Below are positions 31,204 through 41,251 of a stretch of 64,000 bases of DNA, piece after piece (positions within the stretch are counted from its first letter, which is position 1; each line of letters starts with the position of its first letter). The notes under the pieces were generated by a model, which was not told where the DNA came from, searched no databases, and saw only the letters and a list, made by a program, of their open reading frames with translations. The position numbers and the translations under genes were made by a program. Source of the DNA: an uncultured Opitutaceae bacterium (GTDB taxonomy: Bacteria; Verrucomicrobiota; Verrucomicrobiia; Opitutales; Opitutaceae); NCBI GenBank assembly GCA_964550715.1, contig CAZKAH010000007.1, positions 13,456-77,455 on the forward strand. The letters run 5' to 3'.

Positions 31204-34200
31204 TTGAATTCGCGGAAACCCAAAGCTGCAGCTTCGCCCGCGCCCCCGGACGCGATCCGCCTGCGCGGGGTGCGCCAGAACAACCTGAAGGGCTTCGACC
31301 TCGACATCCCGCTCGGCCGCTTCACCGCGGTCACGGGGCTGAGCGGAACCGGCAAGAGCTCGCTCGTCTTCGAGACCCTGCACGCCGAGGGCCAGCGGCG
31401 GTACGTCGAGACCTTCAGCGCCTATACCCGGCAGTTTCTCGACCTGCTCGACAAGCCGCGGGTCGACTCGATCGAGAACATCCGGCCCTCGATCGCCATC
31501 GACCAGGCCAACACCGTCAAAACCTCGCGCTCGACCGTCGGGACCATGACCGAGCTGACCGATTTCGCCAAGGTGTGGTTCAGCCACGTGGCGGAGTGCT
31601 TCGATCCCGCGACCGGGGAGAAGGTCGAGGACGACAATCCGGCGACCATCTGGGCCAAGGCCGCCGCGGCACATTCCGGGCAAGTGTGCCTCGTCACCTT
31701 CAAGGTCGCCCGGCCGGACAACCTCACCTGGGCGGAGATCTTCACGAACCTCCGGGGTCAGGGGTATGCGCGCTACCTCGCGGCGGACGCGGATCTCCGG
31801 CCGTCGCTGCGGCGGCTCGACGAGGCGGCGGGCCCGCCGCCCTCACTCGCCTTCATTCACGTGGTGCAGGACCGGGTGGCCCTCCAGCCGGAGCACAAGC
31901 TGCGCTTCCTGGAGGCGGCCGAGACCGCGCTCCATTTTGGACGGGGCGAGGTGCAGCTCTTTGCCGAGCCGGCGCTCGGGCCGATCGGCGCCTACTCCCG
32001 CGGCCTGCACTCGCCGCAGACCGGCCGGAGGTTCCGGGCGGCCACCCCGGCGCTTTTCTCGTTCAATTCCCCGCTCGGGGCCTGCCCGAAGTGCCGCGGC
32101 TTCGGCCGGGTGATCGAGATCGACTACCGCCTGGCCATCCCGGACGCGGGCCTGTCGATCGACGCCGGGGCGATCAAGTGCTGGGAGGGGGAGATCTACG
32201 GGGAGTCGAAGCGGGACCTCCTGGTCTTCGCGCGCCGGCAGCGCATTCCGACGAACGTGCCCTTCGCCTCGCTGAGCGCCGGGCAGCAGGACTACGTCGT
32301 CAACGGCGAACCCGGCTATGGCGAGGAGAACGGCAAGACCTGGCCGAAGCACTGGTACGGGATCAAGGGATTCTTCCGCTACCTGGAGACCAAGACTTAC
32401 AAGATGCATGTCCGCGTCTTTCTGTCCCGCTACCGCTCCTACAACCCGTGCCCGGAATGCCACGGCTCGCGCCTCCAGCCCGAGGCGCTGTGCTGGCGCT
32501 GGCAGGGGCGGACCCTCCCCGAGCTTTACCAACTCCCGATCGACGACCTGCTCAAGCTGCTGGGAGCAACGGACGACGAGGTCCTCCTTCGTCCGCTGGG
32601 CTCCGGCGGAAAGATTGACGGGGCGAAACCGGGTGCGCTGGCGGCGGCCCGAACCGTCAATCTAGCGCTCGAGTCCATGCTCACCCGGCTGCGCTACCTG
32701 CAGGAGGTCGGCCTCGGCTACCTCACCCTGGACCGCCAGTCGAAGACGCTCTCGGGCGGCGAGGTCGAGCGGGTCAACCTCACCAGTTGCCTGGGGACCG
32801 CCCTCGTCGACACGCTCTTCGTCCTCGACGAGCCCAGCGTGGGGCTGCATCCGCGCGACATCGGCCGCCTGATCGCCATCATCCGCACCCTGACGGACGC
32901 CGGCAACACGGTCGTCCTGGTGGAGCATGACGAGGCGATGATCGCCGCCGCCGACCACGTGATCGAGCTGGGGCCCGAGCCGGGCGCCCGCGGGGGCCAG
33001 GTGGTCTTCGAGGGCACGATCGCCGGGATGCGCCAGTCGCGGACCAGCATCACCGGCGCCTACCTGTCGGGCCGGGAGCAGATCCTGCCGCCGGCCGCCC
33101 GCCGGCCCGTGGCGGGCGCCCGCTGGCTCGAATTCCGCGGGGCCTCGAAGCACAACGTCCGCCAGCTGGATTTCCGCCTGCCGCTGCAGCGGCTGGTGTG
33201 CCTGAGCGGCGTCTCCGGCTCGGGCAAGTCGACCCTGCTCGACAACGTCATCCACCAGGGCCTCCTGGCCCAGCGGAACCGCCGCACCGAGGATCCCGCC
33301 GCGATCGCCTCGCTCCGCGGGGCGGACGGTCTCGGCGAGATCGTCCTGGCCGACCAGTCGCCCCTCGCCCGGACGCCGCGCTCCAATCCCGCCATCTACA
33401 CCGGCGCCTGGGAGCTCATCCGCGAGCTCTTCGCCGGGACCGCCGCCGCGCAGGCCGCAGGCTTCACCGCCTCCAGTTTTTCGTTCAACAGCGGCGACGG
33501 GCGCTGCGACCACTGTCACGGCCTGGGTTTCGAGCGCGTGGAGATGCAGTTCCTTTCCGACGTCTTCGTTCCGTGCCCCGTCTGCGAGGGCGCCCGCTTC
33601 AAGCCCGAGGTCCTGGCCGTGACCTGGGAGGGCGTCTCGGTCGCCGATCTGCTGGCGACGCCGGTGGCGGAGGCGCTGCCGGGCCTCGCCGGCCAGCTTG
33701 AGATCGTCCGGCGGCTCGACCCCCTGGTCGCCGTCGGCCTCGGCTACCTCAATCTCGGCCAGCCCATCAACACCCTGAGCGGCGGCGAATCGCAGCGGCT
33801 CAAGCTGGTCCGCTATCTCGGCGCCGCCTCCGGGGAGGCGGGCGATGCGCCGGGCGACGGACGGGGCGCGCTGCTCCTCCTCGACGAGCCCACCACCGGC
33901 CTCCACCGCCACGACGTCAGGCGCCTGCTCACGGTCCTGCAGGCCCTGGTCGACCGCGGGCACAGCGTCATCGTGATCGAGCATCACCTCGACGTGCTCA
34001 AGGCCGCGGATTGGATCCTGGAGATCGGCCCGGAGGCCGGCGCGGCCGGCGGCCGCGTGGTCGCGGAGGGCACCCCTGAGGCGATTGCGGCGGCGGACAC
34101 GGCCACCTCGCCCTTCCTGCGCGCCGAGCTTGCCGGAGGCCGGCGGACCGAGCCTGCCGAGGCCCCGGGGCCCCTACCCGCCCGCCCGGCCCGGGAGCTG

Positions 34201-36987
34201 GTGCTGGTCGGCGCGCGCGAGAACAACCTCAAGAACCTCTCCCTGACGATCCCGCACCACGCCTTCAACGTCGTCACCGGCGTGTCGGGCTCGGGCAAGT
34301 CGACCCTCGCCTTTGACATCGTGTTCGCCGAGGGCCAGCGGCGCTTCATGGAGTCGATGTCACCCTATGCGCGGCAGTTCGTGGAGCAGATGCCGCGGCC
34401 GGACATCGACCGGCTCACCGGGATCCCGCCGACCGTGGCGATCGAGCAGCGGGTGACCCGCGGGTCGCGCAAGTCCACCGTGGCCACGATCACCGAGGTC
34501 GCGCAGTACCTGCGGCTCCTCTACGCGAGGCTGGGCGTGCAGCACCATCCCGACACCGGCCGCCCGGTCGTGCCGCAGTCGCCCGGGGCGCTGCGGAAGT
34601 TCCTCGCCCGGGTGCTGGCCACGCCGAAGGCGCGGCGCGCCAAGCACCTCTATCTCTGCGCGCCCCTGGTGCGCGGGCGCAAGGGCCACCACCAGCCCAT
34701 CGCCACCTGGATCGGTCGGCAGGGCTATGCGCTCCTCCGCGCCGACGGCCGGCTGGTCCGCGTTGACGCCTTCGAGAAGCTCGACCGCTACAAGGAGCAT
34801 GACGTCGAGGCGGTCACTGCCGACTTGAAGGCGGCGGGCGCGCCGGCGCCCGCGGCGGCGCTCGACGAGGCCCTGCGCGTCGGCAAGGGCTCCTGCTTCC
34901 TGCTCCTCCCAGGCGGGGAGATCCTCTCCTGGTTCTCCACGACCCGGACGGACGTGGCCACCGGCGAGTCCTTCCCGGAGCTCGATCCCAAGCATTTCTC
35001 GTTCAATTCGCCCCGGGGCTGGTGCCCCGCCTGCCGCGGGTACGGCCGGCTCTTCGAGTGGTTGGAGCGCGAAAAGGACGACGACGACGAGCGGCCCCCG
35101 GAGATCTCGGACCTCGAGGCCGACCAGAAGTCCACGCGCGGCGAGGCCCGGGACCGCGAGGCCGCGGCCAGGAAGTCCGCCGCCCCCCCGCGCGGGGCCC
35201 CGATTTGTCCGGAGTGCCACGGCGACCGGCTCAACCGCGTCGCGCGCTCGGTCCGCCTGCATTTCCAGGGCCGGCGGCCGCCGCTGTCGCTGCCCGAGCT
35301 CGTCCGCCTGCCACCGGCGGAGCTCCTGGCTGCGCTGCGCGCGCTTGACCTGGACCAGCGGGGCCGTCTCGTCACCCAGGACATCGTGCCCCAGATCGAG
35401 GAGCGCCTGAAGTTCCTCGGGCGGGTCGGGCTCGCCTACCTGTCCCTGGAGCGCCCGACGGACACCCTTTCCGGCGGCGAGGCCCAGCGGATCCGGCTCG
35501 CGGCCCAGCTCGGCTCCAACCTCTCGGGCGTCCTCTACGTCCTGGACGAGCCGAGCATCGGCCTCCATGCGCGCGACAACGAGAAGCTGATCGGCACCCT
35601 CGAGGCGCTGCGCGCGAAGGGCAACACCCTCCTCGTGGTCGAGCATGACGACGAGGTCATGGCGCATGCCGACCGGATCATCGACCTGGGGCCGGGCGCC
35701 GGGATCCACGGCGGTGAACTTCTCGCCAACGCGACGCCCGAGGAGCTTCGAAGGGTGCCGGCCTCGCTGACGGGGATCTTCCTGGAGCGGGGGATCGCCC
35801 ATCCCCTCCGCGGCGCCTACCGGCCGCTTCCCCCGCCGGACGCCCCGGCCTGGCTTGAGCTGAATGGGGTGGGCTTTCGGAACCTGCGCGGCTTCAACCT
35901 GCGGCTGCCCCTCGGCCGCCTGATCATGGTGGCGGGCCCGAGCGGCGCGGGAAAGTCGACGCTCGTCCGGGATCTCCTGGGCGCGGCGGTCTCCTGCGCG
36001 CTCCGGGGCGGAAAGCGGAAGCTCGGCGGCGCCGCCTTTGTGCGGGCGACGGGATTCGAGGCCGATGGCCGCGCGGACGGGCCCTGCCCCCCGCCCTTCG
36101 CGGAACTGCGGCTGCCGGGGGGCTTCCGCTCCGTCATCGAGGTCGACCAGGCGCCCATCGGCAAGACCCCCCGCTCGACGCCGGCCACCTACCTCGGAAT
36201 TTTCGACCTGATCCGGCAGTTCTTCGCCTCCCTGCCGGAGGCGAAGATGCGCGGCTACCAGGCCGGTCGGTTTTCCTTCAACACGGCGGGAGGCCGCTGC
36301 CCGACGTGCGAGGGCGCGGGCCGGATCCGCCTGGAGATGGCGTTCATGCCGGACACCTACCTTCCCTGCGACGACTGCGGGGGCCTGCGCTACGGTCCGG
36401 AACTGGCCGACGTCACCTGGAAGGGAAAGAGCATCGGCCAGGTCCTGCAGCTCACTTTCGGGGAGGCGGCCCGCTTCTTCGACTTCCATTCCCAACTGGG
36501 CGCGGTCTGCCAGCTGATGGTCGACTGCGGGCTTGGCTACCTGACCCTCGGCCAGAGCTCGCCGACCCTCTCGGGCGGCGAGGCCCAGCGGCTGAAGCTC
36601 GTGACCGAGCTGGCGGGCGGGCTGGCGAGCTACCGGGAGCGCTCGCGCGGCGAGGCGCCGCGCAACCTCTACCTCCTGGAGGAGCCGACGATCGGCCTCC
36701 ACCTGAGCGACTGCGAGAAGCTGATCGGCGTTTTGCATTCGCTCGTCGACCAGGGGCACACGGTCGTCGTGATCGAGCACCACCTGGACCTCCTGGCCGA
36801 GGCGGACTACGTCGTGGAAATAGGTCCTGGCGGGGGGCCGGAGGGCGGCGAACTGCTCTACCAGGGACCGCTGGCGGGGCTCCTCCGGGCGCCACGGAGC
36901 CCGACCGCACCCTATCTGCGGAAAAAGCTCCGCGAGGCCGGTCGCCGGCCGGCTAGCCCTGGACGGTGGAGGCGTCGTGCGCCTTGA
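31204..36987 (+). CDS. tandem-duplicated UvrA-family ATPase (two complete UvrA units in one 1,927-aa polypeptide)
   Basis: Four Walker A loops (GLSGTGKSS, GVSGSGKST, GVSGSGKST, GPSGAGKST), four ABC signatures (LSGGEVERV, LSGGESQRL, LSGGEAQRI, LSGGEAQRL), UvrA zinc motifs (CPKCRGFG, CPECHGSRL, CDHCHGLG..CPVCEG; CPACRGYG, CPECHGDRL, CPTCEGAG..CDDCGG); second unit starts ~34192; apparent TTG start. Confidence 0.9.
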   Translation: MNSRKPKAAASPAPPDAIRLRGVRQNNLKGFDLDIPLGRFTAVTGLSGTGKSSLVFETLHAEGQRRYVETFSAYTRQFLDLLDKPRVDSIENIRPSIAIDQANTVKTSRSTVGTMTELTDFAKVWFSHVAECFDPATGEKVEDDNPATIWAKAAAAHSGQVCLVTFKVARPDNLTWAEIFTNLRGQGYARYLAADADLRPSLRRLDEAAGPPPSLAFIHVVQDRVALQPEHKLRFLEAAETALHFGRGEVQLFAEPALGPIGAYSRGLHSPQTGRRFRAATPALFSFNSPLGACPKCRGFGRVIEIDYRLAIPDAGLSIDAGAIKCWEGEIYGESKRDLLVFARRQRIPTNVPFASLSAGQQDYVVNGEPGYGEENGKTWPKHWYGIKGFFRYLETKTYKMHVRVFLSRYRSYNPCPECHGSRLQPEALCWRWQGRTLPELYQLPIDDLLKLLGATDDEVLLRPLGSGGKIDGAKPGALAAARTVNLALESMLTRLRYLQEVGLGYLTLDRQSKTLSGGEVERVNLTSCLGTALVDTLFVLDEPSVGLHPRDIGRLIAIIRTLTDAGNTVVLVEHDEAMIAAADHVIELGPEPGARGGQVVFEGTIAGMRQSRTSITGAYLSGREQILPPAARRPVAGARWLEFRGASKHNVRQLDFRLPLQRLVCLSGVSGSGKSTLLDNVIHQGLLAQRNRRTEDPAAIASLRGADGLGEIVLADQSPLARTPRSNPAIYTGAWELIRELFAGTAAAQAAGFTASSFSFNSGDGRCDHCHGLGFERVEMQFLSDVFVPCPVCEGARFKPEVLAVTWEGVSVADLLATPVAEALPGLAGQLEIVRRLDPLVAVGLGYLNLGQPINTLSGGESQRLKLVRYLGAASGEAGDAPGDGRGALLLLDEPTTGLHRHDVRRLLTVLQALVDRGHSVIVIEHHLDVLKAADWILEIGPEAGAAGGRVVAEGTPEAIAAADTATSPFLRAELAGGRRTEPAEAPGPLPARPARELVLVGARENNLKNLSLTIPHHAFNVVTGVSGSGKSTLAFDIVFAEGQRRFMESMSPYARQFVEQMPRPDIDRLTGIPPTVAIEQRVTRGSRKSTVATITEVAQYLRLLYARLGVQHHPDTGRPVVPQSPGALRKFLARVLATPKARRAKHLYLCAPLVRGRKGHHQPIATWIGRQGYALLRADGRLVRVDAFEKLDRYKEHDVEAVTADLKAAGAPAPAAALDEALRVGKGSCFLLLPGGEILSWFSTTRTDVATGESFPELDPKHFSFNSPRGWCPACRGYGRLFEWLEREKDDDDERPPEISDLEADQKSTRGEARDREAAARKSAAPPRGAPICPECHGDRLNRVARSVRLHFQGRRPPLSLPELVRLPPAELLAALRALDLDQRGRLVTQDIVPQIEERLKFLGRVGLAYLSLERPTDTLSGGEAQRIRLAAQLGSNLSGVLYVLDEPSIGLHARDNEKLIGTLEALRAKGNTLLVVEHDDEVMAHADRIIDLGPGAGIHGGELLANATPEELRRVPASLTGIFLERGIAHPLRGAYRPLPPPDAPAWLELNGVGFRNLRGFNLRLPLGRLIMVAGPSGAGKSTLVRDLLGAAVSCALRGGKRKLGGAAFVRATGFEADGRADGPCPPPFAELRLPGGFRSVIEVDQAPIGKTPRSTPATYLGIFDLIRQFFASLPEAKMRGYQAGRFSFNTAGGRCPTCEGAGRIRLEMAFMPDTYLPCDDCGGLRYGPELADVTWKGKSIGQVLQLTFGEAARFFDFHSQLGAVCQLMVDCGLGYLTLGQSSPTLSGGEAQRLKLVTELAGGLASYRERSRGEAPRNLYLLEEPTIGLHLSDCEKLIGVLHSLVDQGHTVVVIEHHLDLLAEADYVVEIGPGGGPEGGELLYQGPLAGLLRAPRSPTAPYLRKKLREAGRRPASPGRWRRRAP

Positions 36988-37372
36988 CGGCGTCCTGCAC
37001 GACCTTGATCAGCTCGGCGATCGCGACGGGCTTCAGCAGATAGCGGAAGAGCGCGGCCTCGTTCACGCTGCGCATGAGCATCTCGGGCTTCATGTAGCCG
37101 GTGACCAGGACCCGCTGCGTGTGCGGAAATTCCTCCCGCACCCGCACGAGGAAATCCATCCCGTTGCCGCCCGGCATCAGGTGGTCGGCCACCACGACCT
37201 TGAACGACTGCTTCTGGAGGATGAAGTCGGCCTCGCGGACCGAATTGGCCTTGGTGATCTGGAAGTGAGGCGACAGGGCGGCCTCGAAGACGTCGAGCAG
37301 CGCCCGCTCGTCGTCGACCAGCAGGATCGAGTCTTTGACTGGCTCAGATGGTTTGGTGTCGGGGGCGCTCAT
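36953..37372 (-). CDS. response regulator, receiver domain only (CheY-like)
   Basis: 139 aa from ATG 37372: ILLVDDERALLDVF...VVVADHLMPGGNGMDFL...VLVTGY...LLKP; only the 3' part of track ORF 36953..38578 is used. Confidence 0.88.
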   Translation of the reverse strand: MSAPDTKPSEPVKDSILLVDDERALLDVFEAALSPHFQITKANSVREADFILQKQSFKVVVADHLMPGGNGMDFLVRVREEFPHTQRVLVTGYMKPEMLMRSVNEAALFRYLLKPVAIAELIKVVQDAVKAHDASTVQG

Positions 37373-37540
37373 CCGGTGTTTTACCTGTGTACGGGCTAAA
37401 CCCCGGCAAATCCATTCAATTTTCCGCCAATCGATACCGAAAAGTACGTAGCGATTCCGGGCTGTCTGCGCGCAGCAAAACCTTGCCTCGTCCCGGACAC
37501 GCGCTTCTAGTCGGCGCGGGCTTTCGCCCCGTTCCCTCCC

Positions 37541-38566
37541 ATGGCCCACACCGAACTCTACGCCGCCGCCGCCGCCGGCAAGCTGCGCGAGGTGCCCCCG
37601 GAGTCCCTGACGGCGGAAAACCTGCGGGCCCCCAATCCGTCCGGGAACACGCCCCTGCATGCCGCGGCGAAGCAGGGCGGGCTGAAGGACCTTCCGGCCG
37701 GGCTGCTCACGGTCGACCTGTTCACCGTGAAGAACGTGGCCGGCTACACGCCCCTGCACCACGCCGCGATCGGCGGGCACCTCGACCAGCTGCCGCCGGA
37801 GCTCCTGACCCTTGAGACCCTTTCCTGGCGCAGCAACGCGGGCTACACGGTATTTCACCTGGCCGCCGCGCACGGGCACCTGGCGCAGATTCCCGCCCGC
37901 CTCCTCACCCTCGAGATCGTCCTCGGCAAGACCGACGTCGGCAACACGCTGCTCCATGAGGCGGCCGAGAAGGGCACGCTCGACCGGATGCCGAAGGAAT
38001 ACATCACCGCCCAGAATTTCGCGCAGCGGAACCTCGGCGGCGAGACGGTGCTGCACGTCGCCGCCTTCAACGGGCACCTGGATCAGGTGCCGCGGGAGCT
38101 GCTCACCACCGCGGCCATGCGCGAGACGACCAGCGCGGGCGACACGGTCTTCCACGCCGCCGCCATCGCCGGCCACCTGAAGCAGGTCCCGGGGGAGCTG
38201 CTGACCGAGGAGAACCTCGTCCTGGCGAGCAAGAGCGGCTTCACCGCGATCCATGCCGCGGCCGAGACGGGGCAGCTCGACCAGATTCCGCCCGCCCAGC
38301 TCACCACCGTCCTCCTCCAGACCCGGAACGACAACGGGGACACGCCCCTGCATGCCGCGGCGTACGAGGGCCACCTGGACCAGGTGCCGCCCCGCCTCCT
38401 GACCCGCGAGGCCATGGCGACGCGCAATTTCGACGGCATCGCGGTGGCGCGCATCGCCCTGGACCGGGGATTTCTTGGCCAGATCCCGGAGGCCTCCCGC
38501 CCCAAGTCCGTCGGCCCCGTCCGCCGGGCCCTCCACCGCCTCGGGCGGATGAAGCTGCCCTTCTAG
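37541..38566 (+). CDS. ankyrin-like repeat protein (variant repeat)
   Basis: 341 aa; repeated G-x-TPLH-x-AA-x-x-GHL units; opposite-strand ORF translates to low-complexity junk. Confidence 0.85.
   Translation: MAHTELYAAAAAGKLREVPPESLTAENLRAPNPSGNTPLHAAAKQGGLKDLPAGLLTVDLFTVKNVAGYTPLHHAAIGGHLDQLPPELLTLETLSWRSNAGYTVFHLAAAHGHLAQIPARLLTLEIVLGKTDVGNTLLHEAAEKGTLDRMPKEYITAQNFAQRNLGGETVLHVAAFNGHLDQVPRELLTTAAMRETTSAGDTVFHAAAIAGHLKQVPGELLTEENLVLASKSGFTAIHAAAETGQLDQIPPAQLTTVLLQTRNDNGDTPLHAAAYEGHLDQVPPRLLTREAMATRNFDGIAVARIALDRGFLGQIPEASRPKSVGPVRRALHRLGRMKLPF
37550..38440 (+). repeat. nine tandem 99-bp (33-aa) coding repeats inside the ankyrin-like gene
   Basis: Residues 4-300 split into nine 33-aa units without indels (e.g. 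TPLHHAAIGGHLDQLPPELLTLETLSWRSNAGY / TVLHVAAFNGHLDQVPRELLTTAAMRETTSAGD). Confidence 0.85.
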
Positions 38567-39913
<1,347 letters not shown>

Positions 39914-39956
39914 GCGGTTTGAACCGGGTGCTTCCGCTGAGCGGGCGCCCGGGCTC

Positions 39957-41144
39957 CTACTCGACCCGCAGGATATAGCCGCGGAGGTACTCGCTCTCGG
40001 GCATCGTCACCAGCACCGGATGGTCCGGCGGCTGGTGGGACCATTCGAGGACGCTCACCCGGCGCCGGGCGTCGGCGGCGGCCTCGGCCAGGATCCCGCG
40101 CAGCTCGGCATCGTGCATGTGATGCGAGCACGAATAGGTGGCAAGGACGCCGCCGGGCGCCAGCCGCTGCAGCGCCCGCAGGTTGATTTCCTTGTAGCCC
40201 CGGAGCGCCCCCTCCATCGCGCTCTTCGACTTCGCAAAGGGGGGCGGATCGAGGATGATGACGTCCCAGGCGGGCTCGTCCCTGCGCTCGGCGGCATTAA
40301 ACCAGTCGAAGACGTTGGCGACGGCAAAGGTAGCGGGGGCGCGGTTCCGCTCGGCATTCCGGCGGGCCGCGGCGATCGCGTCCTCCGCGCTGTCGAGGCC
40401 GAGCACCTCGGCCGCCCCGGCCCGAGCTGCGTGCAGCGCGAACGGCCCCTGGTTGCAGAAGGTGTCGAGCACCCGGCGGCCGGAGCAGTAACGCGCCACG
40501 GCGGCGTGCTGCGGGCGCTGGTCGAGATAAAACCCCGTCTTCTGCCCGCCCTGCAGGTCGAGCCAGTACTCAAACCCATCGATCTCGACCCAGCGCGGGG
40601 CCCAGGGCGCGCCCGAGCGGGTATGCACCTCCAACGGCAGCCCCTCCAAACGGCGGATCGGCGCGTCGTTGCGGAAGATGATCTCGGCCGGCCCGAGCAG
40701 TTCCGCCAGGAGGTCCCCGAGCAGCGACGAGCGCTTCTCCATGGCGATCGTCTGGAGCTGGACGACCAGGACGTCGCCAAACTGGTCGACCACGACGCCC
40801 GGCAATTCGTCGGACTCCGACCAGACCAGGCGGCGGGCGGAGGCAGGCTGGGCCGCGGCGCCCGGCGTCCCGTTCCGGCGGGCCAGGGCGCGCTGCAGTG
40901 CGCCGCGCAAGTAGGCGGCGTCGAGCGCCAGGCGCTCCCGGCCCAGCCGCCGCCACACGATTTGGGAACGGCTGTTGTAGATGCCCGTCCCCAGCAGGCG
41001 GTTGGCCCGGTCGCGGCACTCCACCGCCTCGCCGTCGCACTCCGGCGGGAGCAGGGCCTCGACCTCGTTGCCGAAGACCCAGGGGTGGCCGCGAAGGACG
41101 CGGGCCGCCACGTTGGCCTTGAGCTTGAGCGAGGGAACGGACAT
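39957..41144 (-). CDS. rlmI: class I SAM-dependent rRNA (cytosine-C5) methyltransferase, RlmI-like (PUA + MTase)
   Basis: N-terminal VLRGHPWVFGNEV (PUA-like), SAM site VLDTFCNQGPFALHAA, DVIILDPPPFAKSK. Confidence 0.8.
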   Translation of the reverse strand: MSVPSLKLKANVAARVLRGHPWVFGNEVEALLPPECDGEAVECRDRANRLLGTGIYNSRSQIVWRRLGRERLALDAAYLRGALQRALARRNGTPGAAAQPASARRLVWSESDELPGVVVDQFGDVLVVQLQTIAMEKRSSLLGDLLAELLGPAEIIFRNDAPIRRLEGLPLEVHTRSGAPWAPRWVEIDGFEYWLDLQGGQKTGFYLDQRPQHAAVARYCSGRRVLDTFCNQGPFALHAARAGAAEVLGLDSAEDAIAAARRNAERNRAPATFAVANVFDWFNAAERRDEPAWDVIILDPPPFAKSKSAMEGALRGYKEINLRALQRLAPGGVLATYSCSHHMHDAELRGILAEAAADARRRVSVLEWSHQPPDHPVLVTMPESEYLRGYILRVE

Positions 41145-41175
41145 GCCCGCCGATTCTCTCCCGGTCCCGCGGCGT

Positions 41176-41194
41176 TGTCACGTATTACGTGACA
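41176..41194. promoter_or_regulatory. perfect 19-bp palindrome TGTCACGTA-T-TACGTGACA in divergent rlmI/carboxypeptidase spacer (candidate operator)
   Basis: 9-1-9 inverted repeat read directly; AT-richer than surroundings; 32 nt from rlmI start, 58 nt from ATG 41252. Confidence 0.35.
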
Positions 41195-41251
41195 GGGTCC
41201 CGCCAACCTTTCGACTCGCTCCGCGCTGCTGAAATCCCCTTCTTCTGGTGC

